Below, in pieces: positions 9,801 to 17,483 of a stretch of 64,000 nt of DNA (its first letter is position 1; each line of letters starts with the position of its first letter). A model generated the notes under the pieces. It saw nothing but the letters and a program-made list of their open reading frames with translations, was not told where the DNA came from and ran no database searches. This DNA comes from a virus. Lineage: Duplodnaviria; Caudoviricetes. Position numbers and translations under genes: made by a program. The stretch lies in IMG/VR virus record IMGVR_UViG_3300022173_000189, positions 6,829 to 70,828 of that record. The stretch is one strand, 5' to 3'.

Positions 9801-11424
9801 GGAAGATGGATGGGTCGTTGCGGTCGATCTCCGCCACAGCCGTGACGATGGAGTTGCCGGTCACCACGTCGATGGCCGCGATGTATTCAGGCAGCGGTGC
9901 CAGCGCGGTCGTCCCGGAGTAAGCCAGCGCAGTGCCGCTGGAGAAGAGCACGTCCTCGTCGTCGTAGGCCGCGTAGATCGCGCTGTCTTTGACCAGGAAG
10001 CCGGTCAGGATCTTCCGAGGGAACCGTGTCGCTGCCCGCACTTCATCCAGGTTCCGGGCCACCTGGTTTCCTGCGGACAGGAACGAGTCCATGTTGATCT
10101 GCCGGTCGGTGCCACTGGCCTGCACGCGGGTCGTGATGACCGTGCCGGGCACCGTGCCCACGCGCACGAGGAAGTCGCTCGTCGTCGTGCCGGTGCTGAT
10201 GGAGCCGGAGAACCAGGGGCGAAACGGCGTGATGGCCGTCGTGCCGAAGTTGGCCACGTCCGGGTCTGCCGCGAGGTCTTTGTTCCGGCGCATCGACGAC
10301 GTGCCATAGATGTCCTCCACGCGGTCGAAGTCCGCTGCCAGGCCGAGGTCGAAATAGCTGCTCCGATACTTGATGGCCGAGAGCCGGTCGAAGATGTCGA
10401 GCACCTTCAGTGTGCCGGTGCTGTCCGCCGAGAGCGTCGTCACCTGGATGGCCAGGTTGTTGAAGGACGCGCCTTCCGCGATGGCCTGGAAGCGCACGCC
10501 CGCTCCGTCAGGATCGACGTAAGCCTTCTTGTGTGGCCCGCCGATGCTGTTGGTGCCGGAGGAGCCGAGCACGTACTGGCCGTCTGCCGGGTGCTGCACG
10601 GTGCCGTTGGCCACCGACAGAACGGTCACCGTCACGTAGGGGCTGAAGCCGTTCACCGCCTGCGGATAATACTGCGTGCTGCTCGTGCCGTGGTGGACCG
10701 TTCCCGCCCATCCGTAGAACGGGCCGTCGTCCATGATGTGCGGGTTGTAAAACGGGTCGAACGCCTGCTGCGGCTGATACTCCGGGACGGCAGTGAAGTC
10801 CGGGTCGTTGGCAGCGTTGCCGACATCGCTGGGCACGCGAGGCGACAGTCGGCTCCAGAGCGGCGTGACGCGGATGTCGTCGAAGCCGAGGATGCGGCCC
10901 AGGGTCGTGTAGCTCTCGGCTGTACCTTTGACCTTCAGGCGTGGGAAGTAGGTCGAGAGGATGTGACTCTTGGAGTCCTCCGTCGCCGTGCTGCTGTAGA
11001 GGATCGCGCCGATGGTGGCCGCGAGGTAGTCCAGCGTGCTGGCATCAACCAGGCGCAGTGGGTCCAGTCCGTAGCGCACGGGACCGAGCACATCCAGCGG
11101 GAGGTCCAGCTCGACTGCCGCCCATTGTGCCAGCCCTGGCCTGCCTTCAGCCGGAGTGCTGTCGGTGATGTCCAGCGAGCGGGTGAAGATTTTGCCTTGG
11201 GCGCTCTGCAAGTCCACCAGCACCACGTTGTTGCCCAGCTCCGGCAGGCCGGAGGTCTGGAACAGCAGGTCCATCTTGCGCGAGACTGAGCGCAGGTCAC
11301 CGAGACGGTCCTCGAACCCGCCGACCACTGCGGCGATGAGGCCGCGCTCATCCAGCTCGACCAGCCCGGCAGGGAGCCGCTGGTAGAGAAACTGTTCCGG
11401 CAGATTACGAATTGTCGCAGGCAC
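6847..11424 (-). CDS. Large baseplate wedge/tail protein with LamG-like domain
   Basis: N-terminal LDYLAATIG..RLKVKGTAESY..LGF (baseplate wedge/P2 gpI-like); MTFWVRP..NYIAL..LRDLRMW (LamG). Confidence 0.75.
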   Translation of the reverse strand: MPATIRNLPEQFLYQRLPAGLVELDERGLIAAVVGGFEDRLGDLRSVSRKMDLLFQTSGLPELGNNVVLVDLQSAQGKIFTRSLDITDSTPAEGRPGLAQWAAVELDLPLDVLGPVRYGLDPLRLVDASTLDYLAATIGAILYSSTATEDSKSHILSTYFPRLKVKGTAESYTTLGRILGFDDIRVTPLWSRLSPRVPSDVGNAANDPDFTAVPEYQPQQAFDPFYNPHIMDDGPFYGWAGTVHHGTSSTQYYPQAVNGFSPYVTVTVLSVANGTVQHPADGQYVLGSSGTNSIGGPHKKAYVDPDGAGVRFQAIAEGASFNNLAIQVTTLSADSTGTLKVLDIFDRLSAIKYRSSYFDLGLAADFDRVEDIYGTSSMRRNKDLAADPDVANFGTTAITPFRPWFSGSISTGTTTSDFLVRVGTVPGTVITTRVQASGTDRQINMDSFLSAGNQVARNLDEVRAATRFPRKILTGFLVKDSAIYAAYDDEDVLFSSGTALAYSGTTALAPLPEYIAAIDVVTGNSIVTAVAEIDRNDPSIFHYKAPGLTGSLDNSNGAYRFTLATAGTGTNVVARWTLTSTEVIRPEPTLQEKYDGTVSYQARPEDDVDSLDQLADEYPWRRDLVIGGESAEVDSYLSSVEDVATDVVQTALAVPGHDGVEYNVYGIESPATGVVRFTSSPRDYENYEPGQVAIGFKGTFKDLATLSADDIALVNSKTDLDTLLNTGAELFHIGLVNGVLVADPVGFNALHHREMLACWMPFNEHAEDDLMPVDRIAKVADIGYISLLPADRTFSSYGWSTRFRPGTVVWRSAARDESDGFTMTFWVRPEDSTGVAGQQAILTYGPLSIELDNVASSLLVYLENADATRYLAVTIPITVNDFNYIALALTNTELLYGVGTLGTAPTYTLLSTSIRSFNELDEMLEIVGGPRAFSLRDLRMWEMTKTALDLARIRNHGPVKTAVTYRVGLFETLNRHDRYTFFVQETGFVTPIAPPAWLRTPKLALVRRYDSTGRYQGESRFKEVGLGGGRQLPAVYRLGQQFYNVTAGGQTVVSTSDGELPGVNAVWSASSAAGTYLVLSSGSTSSGTVATMVSSGTNNPWPNNITETNPVREAAWIRGDDNYVYEVTLLSLAGTVSMQAERTVRERSDDELAVNRIFQEVTSTGSVSVFTAQGTIYPGQLEVTAGTLFSYSTVSATGHVQVLTNGTTKVQVLHPLSLRYADQPTGAEVVVAAPGTILSVTSGSIVYQKADSGTLTRPPLWMYLNSQVVENVTDAWTRWTEADNDSAFGNEQTPAVAALDDNGVLEFTNTGTLVPGTYRLEVESSNIGQLDEDFDGFVVEITVDSAILQRRLLSGKTGYNATGTDEFEFELDSGVIGEWLLSFDWTNAFSEPKRGTQRQLVINSYRLRRMSTELYKVTIGSSGTSPSIVLYPAVASGTSTGSIPGGWLASLNSYGTVVRWDHESTIYTQNDTVVSTAPLSDIITGSTPLKRSDLLFRSGTNFDVVIADAGTLAFPSFGTIFVGTL

Positions 11425-11470
11425 GTTCTAAATACCGTGTGCAGGGCTGCCCTGCGTGTTACATTTTTCG

Positions 11471-11498
11471 TTGACCTGCATAGTTCGCTGTAAACAAT
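11471..11498 (+). promoter_or_regulatory. Sigma70-like promoter
   Basis: TTGACC-N16-AACAAT, 12 nt upstream of helicase ATG. Confidence 0.5.
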
Positions 11499-11510
11499 AG
11501 AATCACTCGC

Positions 11511-13229
11511 ATGACCACTGATGACCAAGAACCCGTCCAGCAGAAGAAGCTCACGGGCGAACAGCTCGACGTAATCAAGAATCCGGTCAAGCCCGGCCAG
11601 GTGACCAAGATTACGGCCTATGCAGGCACGGGCAAGACCAGCACGCTTTCCGCCTACAGCGAGTTCCACCACCAGGACTCCGCCCTTTACCTGGCCTTCA
11701 ACAAGAGCGTGGCAGAGGAGGCGCGCAACCGCTTCCAGCTCCATGTGACGCCCAGCACGATCCACGGCCTGGCCTACCGCTCGGTCAACGCCCGGAAGTT
11801 TGGCCCCATCGCCTCGCGTCTGCGCTACGGCCTCGTGATGAAGCTATTTGGTCTCAACACGCTTTACAGCGGTGCCGCGCTCATCGCCACGTTGGACAAC
11901 TTCCTAAACAGCGCCGCCGACAAGACCCTGCCGCTGCACATCGTCGATCCGAGAAAGACCTTCAAGCCGGATCAACTGGTGGCGATGTCGGACAAACTTT
12001 GGGAGAAGATGCGCGATGGCAAGGACCAGGTGCCAATGACCCATTCAGGCTACCTGAAGCTCTATCAGCTCTCCAAGCCTTACATCCCGCAGAAGCTCAT
12101 CATGCTGGACGAAGCGCAGGACACCAACCCTGTGACCTTCGACATCGTGATGCGCCAGGTAAACGAGCACAAGGCCAAGCTCATCATGGTCGGCGACCGT
12201 CGTCAGGCCATCTACGGCTGGCGTGGAGCCATCAACGCGATGGACATGGAGACCCAGCAGACCTTCCACCTGACCCAGAGCTTCCGCTTCGGCCCGCAGG
12301 TCGCCCAGCTTGCCAACGGCATCCTGGCCCGTGTGTTCAAGGAGACCGTCATGCTCAAGGGCTACCAGGAGCGTGACACCCGCATCGTCTCGGTCGCACC
12401 GACCAAACACACCTGCGTGTGCCGCACGAATTACGTCCTGGTCACGGACGCCATCGGCCAGGCGATGCTGGGCCGCAAGGTCTGCATCGTGGGTGACTTC
12501 GAGCCGTTCCTGCGCGACCTGCTGGACACCTTCAAACTGTGGGCCGGGCACTACAACGACATCCAGTCCCCGTACATCCGGGCCTTCGGTTCGTTCCACC
12601 GGCTGAAGGATTTCGCGGAGAGTGGATTCGACCAGGAGCTGGCCGCGAAGGTCCAACTGGTCGAGCACTTCCAGGTGAACACGCCGACCGCCATTGAGGT
12701 GCTTCGTCGGAACATGGTGAGTGAGGACGCGGCGGATGTGCTCTACACCACGGTCCACAAGGCTAAGGGCCGGGAGTGGGCCAACGTGCGGCTAATGGAC
12801 GACTTCGTGAAGGACGTGCCCTACCTGAAGCCAGGCGAGGTGATGACGAGAGAAGAGGAGGAGGAGTTCCATGCGCTTTACGTCGCCGTCACCAGGCCGC
12901 TGGATACTGTGGTGCCGACCTCGCTGCTCTACCTGCTGCGGGAATACGTCATGCTCAGAGCACCTGCCGGGTCTGACGCGCAGCACGCCGCTCCGCCCGA
13001 AAGCGTCGCAGCTCCTCTGTTTGAACCGGAAATGGTAGATCAGGAAATGGGTCCACCGTCAGTCGAGACCCCACCACCTCCGCCAGCGCCGACTCCGCAA
13101 CGTGGCAAGAAGGCTTCCGGTTTTCCGCCGAATCTTCTGGAGAATCTTGAGAAGCAGGTGGCTTATCTCCAAAAGGAAAGCGAAGAGTTATCCCGTCGCG
13201 GGAGGAAAATACCAGCTCACGAGGAGTGA
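11511..13229 (+). CDS. UvrD/Rep-family (SF1) DNA helicase
   Basis: AYAGTGKT, LDEAQD, VGDRRQAIYGWRGA, LTQSFRFG, TVHKAKGREW, YVAVTR. Confidence 0.95.
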   Translation: MTTDDQEPVQQKKLTGEQLDVIKNPVKPGQVTKITAYAGTGKTSTLSAYSEFHHQDSALYLAFNKSVAEEARNRFQLHVTPSTIHGLAYRSVNARKFGPIASRLRYGLVMKLFGLNTLYSGAALIATLDNFLNSAADKTLPLHIVDPRKTFKPDQLVAMSDKLWEKMRDGKDQVPMTHSGYLKLYQLSKPYIPQKLIMLDEAQDTNPVTFDIVMRQVNEHKAKLIMVGDRRQAIYGWRGAINAMDMETQQTFHLTQSFRFGPQVAQLANGILARVFKETVMLKGYQERDTRIVSVAPTKHTCVCRTNYVLVTDAIGQAMLGRKVCIVGDFEPFLRDLLDTFKLWAGHYNDIQSPYIRAFGSFHRLKDFAESGFDQELAAKVQLVEHFQVNTPTAIEVLRRNMVSEDAADVLYTTVHKAKGREWANVRLMDDFVKDVPYLKPGEVMTREEEEEFHALYVAVTRPLDTVVPTSLLYLLREYVMLRAPAGSDAQHAAPPESVAAPLFEPEMVDQEMGPPSVETPPPPPAPTPQRGKKASGFPPNLLENLEKQVAYLQKESEELSRRGRKIPAHEE

Positions 13230-13707
13230 AGGTGTCTGAGGGTCCGCCCTCTCCAAAGAGCGTGGTGCCCACCAGCTCGTTCGCACGGCCCTTCTGCACG
13301 TAGGCCAGCGTCGCGTGTGGCTTGTAGGATGGCCAGGTGTCTCCGTGGGGCTGGGAGGCCGCGATGCGTAGATTGAGACGGCGCAGGCCAGGGCTGTACA
13401 CCGGCATGATCACCACGTCGTAATCCGGCTTGTCGTCGAAGAGCCGGATGCGGCCCAGGCGCACGGCAAAGGGCTTGGTCGTCTCGATGATGCGTTTGAA
13501 GCTCTCGGACGCCCCATCAGCAATCAGTCCAAACTTGCAGGTGACGTGAGGCTCATCTTCCCGACCGTCGTCAGCGAGCGCGTCCTCCGGGATGTTCAAC
13601 TCCGACCAGCGCAGCATCGCGTCAGCCTGTTCAGGCGGGATGTCGATCTGGGTCGAGCTGAAGCGATGGGCTTCGCAGATGAGGGAGACAAAGGAACGGG
13701 TCTTCAC
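12955..13707 (-). CDS. 2H phosphoesterase (T4 gp57B/Acb1-like)
   Basis: Two HxT motifs (EPHVTCKFG, YKPHATLAYV); GTG start overlaps stop of upstream gene. Confidence 0.8.
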   Translation of the reverse strand: MKTRSFVSLICEAHRFSSTQIDIPPEQADAMLRWSELNIPEDALADDGREDEPHVTCKFGLIADGASESFKRIIETTKPFAVRLGRIRLFDDKPDYDVVIMPVYSPGLRRLNLRIAASQPHGDTWPSYKPHATLAYVQKGRANELVGTTLFGEGGPSDTFTPRELVFSSRDGITLRFPFGDKPPASQDSPEDSAENRKPSCHVAESALAEVVGSRLTVDPFPDLPFPVQTEELRRFRAERRAARQTRQVL

Positions 13708-14006
13708 GCGGTCGTGCCGAGTTCGCCACCCTGTCCATCCTGGAGCGTGACGTTGTGGTAACCGTCCTCGGACCAGATGCTCAGCATGTGTGGCTGGCCA
13801 CCCATCCACTGCTTGATGCTCTGCCAGATGTCACCCTGCACCGGGATCTGCTGAACCAACCGGCCACGGGAGATGTGGGCGGCGGTGCCGCGCTCCTTGT
13901 CCACGCGGACGTAATCACCTTCCTTGTCCTGCTGCCACAAAGACTGGAGCCGCTGGGCGTCGTAGCTTTCTTCGAGGAGATTGGAAACAACCGAGGCCGC
14001 GTTCAC
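13704..14006 (-). CDS. Hypothetical protein, paralogue of 14003-14359
   Basis: Shared LW..DK.G.YV and IWS..(G)NVTL.DGQG.(D/E)LG; N-terminal VVSNLLE. Confidence 0.8.
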   Translation of the reverse strand: MNAASVVSNLLEESYDAQRLQSLWQQDKEGDYVRVDKERGTAAHISRGRLVQQIPVQGDIWQSIKQWMGGQPHMLSIWSEDGYHNVTLQDGQGGELGTTA

Positions 14007-14359
14007 ACCACACCTCCAAGGTCATTGCCCTGGCCGTCGTGCAACGTGACGTTGCCGTGGTCGTTCACCGACCAAATGTTCGGGAAGAAGCCCTTGGCTT
14101 CCATCCAGGCGTTGATGCCGGGGTAGGGATTCTCAGGCTCAACCGGGATGGTCTCCATCGCACTGCCGTGGGCCACGTACACCACCGAGCCATCGTCATT
14201 GATCTGAACGTACTCGCCGTCCTTGTCCTCGTTCCAGAGATCCGCAACAGACGGCTCCTGGTCACCCCCTTCATCCTGGTCTTGAGGCACGCCAGGATCG
14301 GTGCCCCATCCTTCGTTTTCGAGGAGGCGGTTTACAATGGCTTCGGCAGGTTTGCTCAT
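14003..14359 (-). CDS. Hypothetical protein, paralogue of 13704-14006
   Basis: WMEAKGFFPNIWSVNDHGNVTL; N-terminal AIVNRLLE; TAGTTA 4 nt before ATG. Confidence 0.8.
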   Translation of the reverse strand: MSKPAEAIVNRLLENEGWGTDPGVPQDQDEGGDQEPSVADLWNEDKDGEYVQINDDGSVVYVAHGSAMETIPVEPENPYPGINAWMEAKGFFPNIWSVNDHGNVTLHDGQGNDLGGVV

Positions 14360-14362
14360 AGA

Positions 14363-15517
14363 CTAACTATAGTGGTCGGGCAGGTCGGCTTTGAAGGACT
14401 GTTCCCGTGACGCTTCAAACTGCTGGCGGACCTTCTCCAAGGTCGGCGGTGGAAGCTCCCTGACCTTCCTCATGCGCTCCACCAGCCAGTCAGGTGCCTC
14501 AATGACCTGGGACCGCTCCAGGAGGCTGCTGGCGATGACGTGGGCGCTTTCCCTCACAGGATTGGTCCTGAGCTTCAGCTTGAGCTGTGCAGGGTCTTTG
14601 ACGTGGCTCTGAGCCTGGGTGAGTCGTGAGGGGTCCATATCGTCGAGAGCAGGTTTCAAATCTTCCATGTCAGGGACGATCTTGGTCTCTGAGCTGTTTT
14701 CAGCTCCAGTGTAATCGTCGTTCACGGCCCAGCCGTTCACCTTCTCCAGAAGAGAGTCGGCCAGGTCAAACAACCCAATGTTCTTGGTGATGGCTGCCAT
14801 CGCTCCAGGAGAGTTCCCAAACCGTGCCTCCAGCTCATCTGCAAAGGTGTCGGCAAAGCCTCCGTTCCAGACCTCCTTCTTGGCCTTCCGGTAATCCTTG
14901 GCCATCTTGCCGTCACCAGTGAGTTTTTCGATGGTGACATTCTTGGCCAGCCTATCGACGTTGATGTGGTAGGTGCCACCATCCTGCTCTTCCCACTCTC
15001 CGTTGTCATTGTCCCGAAGAAGCTCATCCAGGTCATCGTTTGGAGCATAGGCTGCGGCGAAGCCGTTGAGTCCATACCCTCCAAACTTGGTCATCAGAGC
15101 CTTCCTGAAGTCCTGACGGTAATTCTCGTCCCAGTCTTTCCACTGAGCGTCATTCTCCATCGTGCTGTGACCTTCTTCATCCAACAACGGGTAGTCCTCC
15201 ACGCTGTCGATGTATTCGATCAGGGACTCGATCTGCTCTGGACTGAGCGTGGCCAGCTTTGCTGGTGTGATCCCAACCCAGGAGCTGCCGTGGCCTCCAG
15301 ACCGCTCTTCAACGTGTTCAGGAAATGTCTCCAGCCAGAACTTCGAGTTGGATCTCTCCACCATGCTGCCTGAGTAGTCACTGTAACTGGACGCAGGCAG
15401 TATCCACATCTCCAGACGTTCGTCCCAGTCCAGCTTGCTGGTCAGAGACTCCTCTTCAGCCTGAGACAACGTAGTCCCCAGGATCTCACCCTTGATGCTG
15501 TCGTCGTCTTCGATCAT
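14363..15517 (-). CDS. Acidic hypothetical phage protein
   Basis: 384-aa ORF; SDYSGSMVERSN and EDYPLLDEE segments. Confidence 0.8.
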   Translation of the reverse strand: MIEDDDSIKGEILGTTLSQAEEESLTSKLDWDERLEMWILPASSYSDYSGSMVERSNSKFWLETFPEHVEERSGGHGSSWVGITPAKLATLSPEQIESLIEYIDSVEDYPLLDEEGHSTMENDAQWKDWDENYRQDFRKALMTKFGGYGLNGFAAAYAPNDDLDELLRDNDNGEWEEQDGGTYHINVDRLAKNVTIEKLTGDGKMAKDYRKAKKEVWNGGFADTFADELEARFGNSPGAMAAITKNIGLFDLADSLLEKVNGWAVNDDYTGAENSSETKIVPDMEDLKPALDDMDPSRLTQAQSHVKDPAQLKLKLRTNPVRESAHVIASSLLERSQVIEAPDWLVERMRKVRELPPPTLEKVRQQFEASREQSFKADLPDHYS

Positions 15518-15518
15518 G

Positions 15519-15857
15519 TCACCAACTAGCTACTCCCAGTTGAACGGCTGCTGAGTCCATGTTCGGGTCTGGGTAGATTGGCTTGTTCACGGTTCCATAG
15601 AAGGACACAAAGCATCTTCGTATCGCAAGGACATCTTCTGCGTCACAGGGCTGCCAACTGGAAGTCCAGGTTCCAACGTCCAAGACGAACCTGGGTCTGG
15701 CATACGTTCCAGAGACGATGGTGTGAACTCTGTCCAGGTCATCCACTCCGTCTCCTGAGTAGATCACCGAGTCCTGCACCCTGATGTCCACATTCAGATC
15801 GAATGCCCATGAGGCTCTCAGAGCAACGTAAGCCTGCTGGTCACTGGTCAGTAGCAT
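15519..15857 (-). CDS. Hypothetical protein
   Basis: 112 aa; TAGTTA 6 nt before ATG. Confidence 0.55.
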   Translation of the reverse strand: MLLTSDQQAYVALRASWAFDLNVDIRVQDSVIYSGDGVDDLDRVHTIVSGTYARPRFVLDVGTWTSSWQPCDAEDVLAIRRCFVSFYGTVNKPIYPDPNMDSAAVQLGVASW

Positions 15858-15866
15858 TCACTCTAA

Positions 15867-17147
15867 CTAGGCTTTCCCTTTCCAGACTGGTCTCAAGATT
15901 GTTCCTGGATGATCTGAAACATGGAAGAGTGCTGCCTCTGCATCCTGTGCCAGTTTCAACAGGAACGGATTGGTTCCCTTGTTGTAGTATTTGCTCCGAT
16001 CCACTCTTCCACTCTTCAGGTCTTCCTCTGTCACCTTCTTTACCTTGGGCCTTTGCCACAAAGTCCGAAGGACAGCACGCTCAGCCACGACAGTGGCTGG
16101 CGTTGTCTTGGAACTATGTTCTTCCACGGGCAAAGCCGGAGGGAGCAAAGCGACCGATGGCTTTGACCTATGTCTTTGAAGGGCTGGCAGGGATGATTGA
16201 ACACCTTCATGTTGAGTGTGTTCTGATGCAGGGCATTTTCCATCCTGGCACTCCATATTCCCGTCTGGCACTCCATTTTCCACATTTGCACGTAAGTCAG
16301 AAAGCTGTTGTGGAGAAGCACTTACAGTTGAGTTTCGCTGATAGGTGTCGTAGCTGACCGGAAGGTAGCCACGGTCAAACTCCTGCATTTCGTAGGGATT
16401 TGGCTGGAAACTGAGAGATTTCGCGGATGCTGGCCGGATGTACACGTCCATTCTCCTTGCACTGATTCTGACCGTGCGAACATTCATGGTCGGATCAGAC
16501 TTGAACGTCTCAATCATCCGGTAAACCGTCCGGCGCTTCTGGTAGGGCTGAACCTTCAGGAGATCACGGATGACGAACTTGTGCTCCACGCAGCCATCAG
16601 GTCCAAGGAGCCTCTGGTCACCAGAGCTGGCAAACCTGTCGTTGGTGCTGCGCCACCAGTGGCGGGCACGGCAGAGCACCGCCGCCACATCGACGCCAAA
16701 CTTCACGGCGTCTTCCACCAGGAAGGAGTGAAGCTTTCGGTCGGCGGGCTTGTTGCGCAGGGCGTAGTAGATCGCCCGGTCACTGCCGACGTTCAGCCCG
16801 GTCTTCTTGCTGCGGATGAAGAAGGAGCGTGGACCACAGCTCAGCTTGCACAAGGCCAGCCAGGCCCGCTTCTCCGTGAGAAGGTACGGGCAGAGCTTCA
16901 AAACCTTGGCTGCCGTCCACCGCTGCCAGAACCGGCCATTGCGTTTGTAGCGTTCCTTGTTGCCATCGGCCTTGCCCACGTTGTTGACGCAAGCCTCCTC
17001 CAGCATGAACGCCACGCAGGCGATGGTCGCCCCATACTTCTTGGCCAGCTTGCTGTCGAACTTGTGATGCTTCTCCCTCTCCGGGGTAAGCCAGATGTCA
17101 GAGACGGGTCGCGAGTCGTCTCCGAGTTGGTCTAGTGTGCTGATCAT
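15867..17147 (-). CDS. Putative replication initiator/winged-helix protein with duplicated N-terminal module
   Basis: KHHKFDSKLAKKYG and KLHSFLVEDAVKFG modules; ERYKRNGRFW..CPYL; internal iteron-like repeats. Confidence 0.55.
   Translation of the reverse strand: MISTLDQLGDDSRPVSDIWLTPEREKHHKFDSKLAKKYGATIACVAFMLEEACVNNVGKADGNKERYKRNGRFWQRWTAAKVLKLCPYLLTEKRAWLALCKLSCGPRSFFIRSKKTGLNVGSDRAIYYALRNKPADRKLHSFLVEDAVKFGVDVAAVLCRARHWWRSTNDRFASSGDQRLLGPDGCVEHKFVIRDLLKVQPYQKRRTVYRMIETFKSDPTMNVRTVRISARRMDVYIRPASAKSLSFQPNPYEMQEFDRGYLPVSYDTYQRNSTVSASPQQLSDLRANVENGVPDGNMECQDGKCPASEHTQHEGVQSSLPALQRHRSKPSVALLPPALPVEEHSSKTTPATVVAERAVLRTLWQRPKVKKVTEEDLKSGRVDRSKYYNKGTNPFLLKLAQDAEAALFHVSDHPGTILRPVWKGKA
16234..16293. 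repeat. Three imperfect 20-bp tandem repeats (iteron-like)
   Basis: cattttccatcctggcactc / catattcccgtctggcactc / cattttccacatttgcacgt. Confidence 0.75.
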
Positions 17148-17180
17148 AACGAAGAGGAAGAACGTGTAGTTCTTAGAGGC

Positions 17181-17483
17181 ATGAATGCACTGCACTTACT
17201 GTCAGTCCTCCACGAAGAGTTCCCGCTGTCCACGATGGGGCCGGACTTCAAGGGGACGCACACACTGGCCCTCCAGGAAGACGGGCTGTACGCCAACATC
17301 TGGTGGAACGGAACCTCCTGGTATGCTCGAATCTCAGGCGAAGCTTTGATGGCGGAGCCGAGGCCGCTGGTCGCCAACTTGAAGGTCAGGCTGGCCGCGC
17401 TTCACGCGGCAGGCCCGCCGCCACCAGCCGCCACTGCTGCACCCTCTTCACCCTCTGACCCATCCGGCTTGAGCGGGTCGTAG
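17181..17483 (+). CDS. Hypothetical protein
   Basis: 100 aa; GTTCTTA 5 nt before ATG. Confidence 0.65.
   Translation: MNALHLLSVLHEEFPLSTMGPDFKGTHTLALQEDGLYANIWWNGTSWYARISGEALMAEPRPLVANLKVRLAALHAAGPPPPAATAAPSSPSDPSGLSGS

Noticed and set aside
4985-11289. Long antisense ORFs (4985-7027, 7039-8697, 9130-11289 and similar ones opposite other genes)
   Set aside because: Shadow frames of GC3-rich genes on the opposite strand; no motifs, and they fully overlap better-supported ORFs
15518-15545. In-frame LVGD upstream of MIE (would give a perfect LVGDMIE tag), suggesting a frameshift or TAG readthrough
   Set aside because: Those bases are the TAGTTG-N5-ATG start-proximal motif, which explains them without recoding
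16234-16293. Mini-CRISPR array
   Set aside because: Repeats are directly adjacent with no unique spacers, and no cas genes are present
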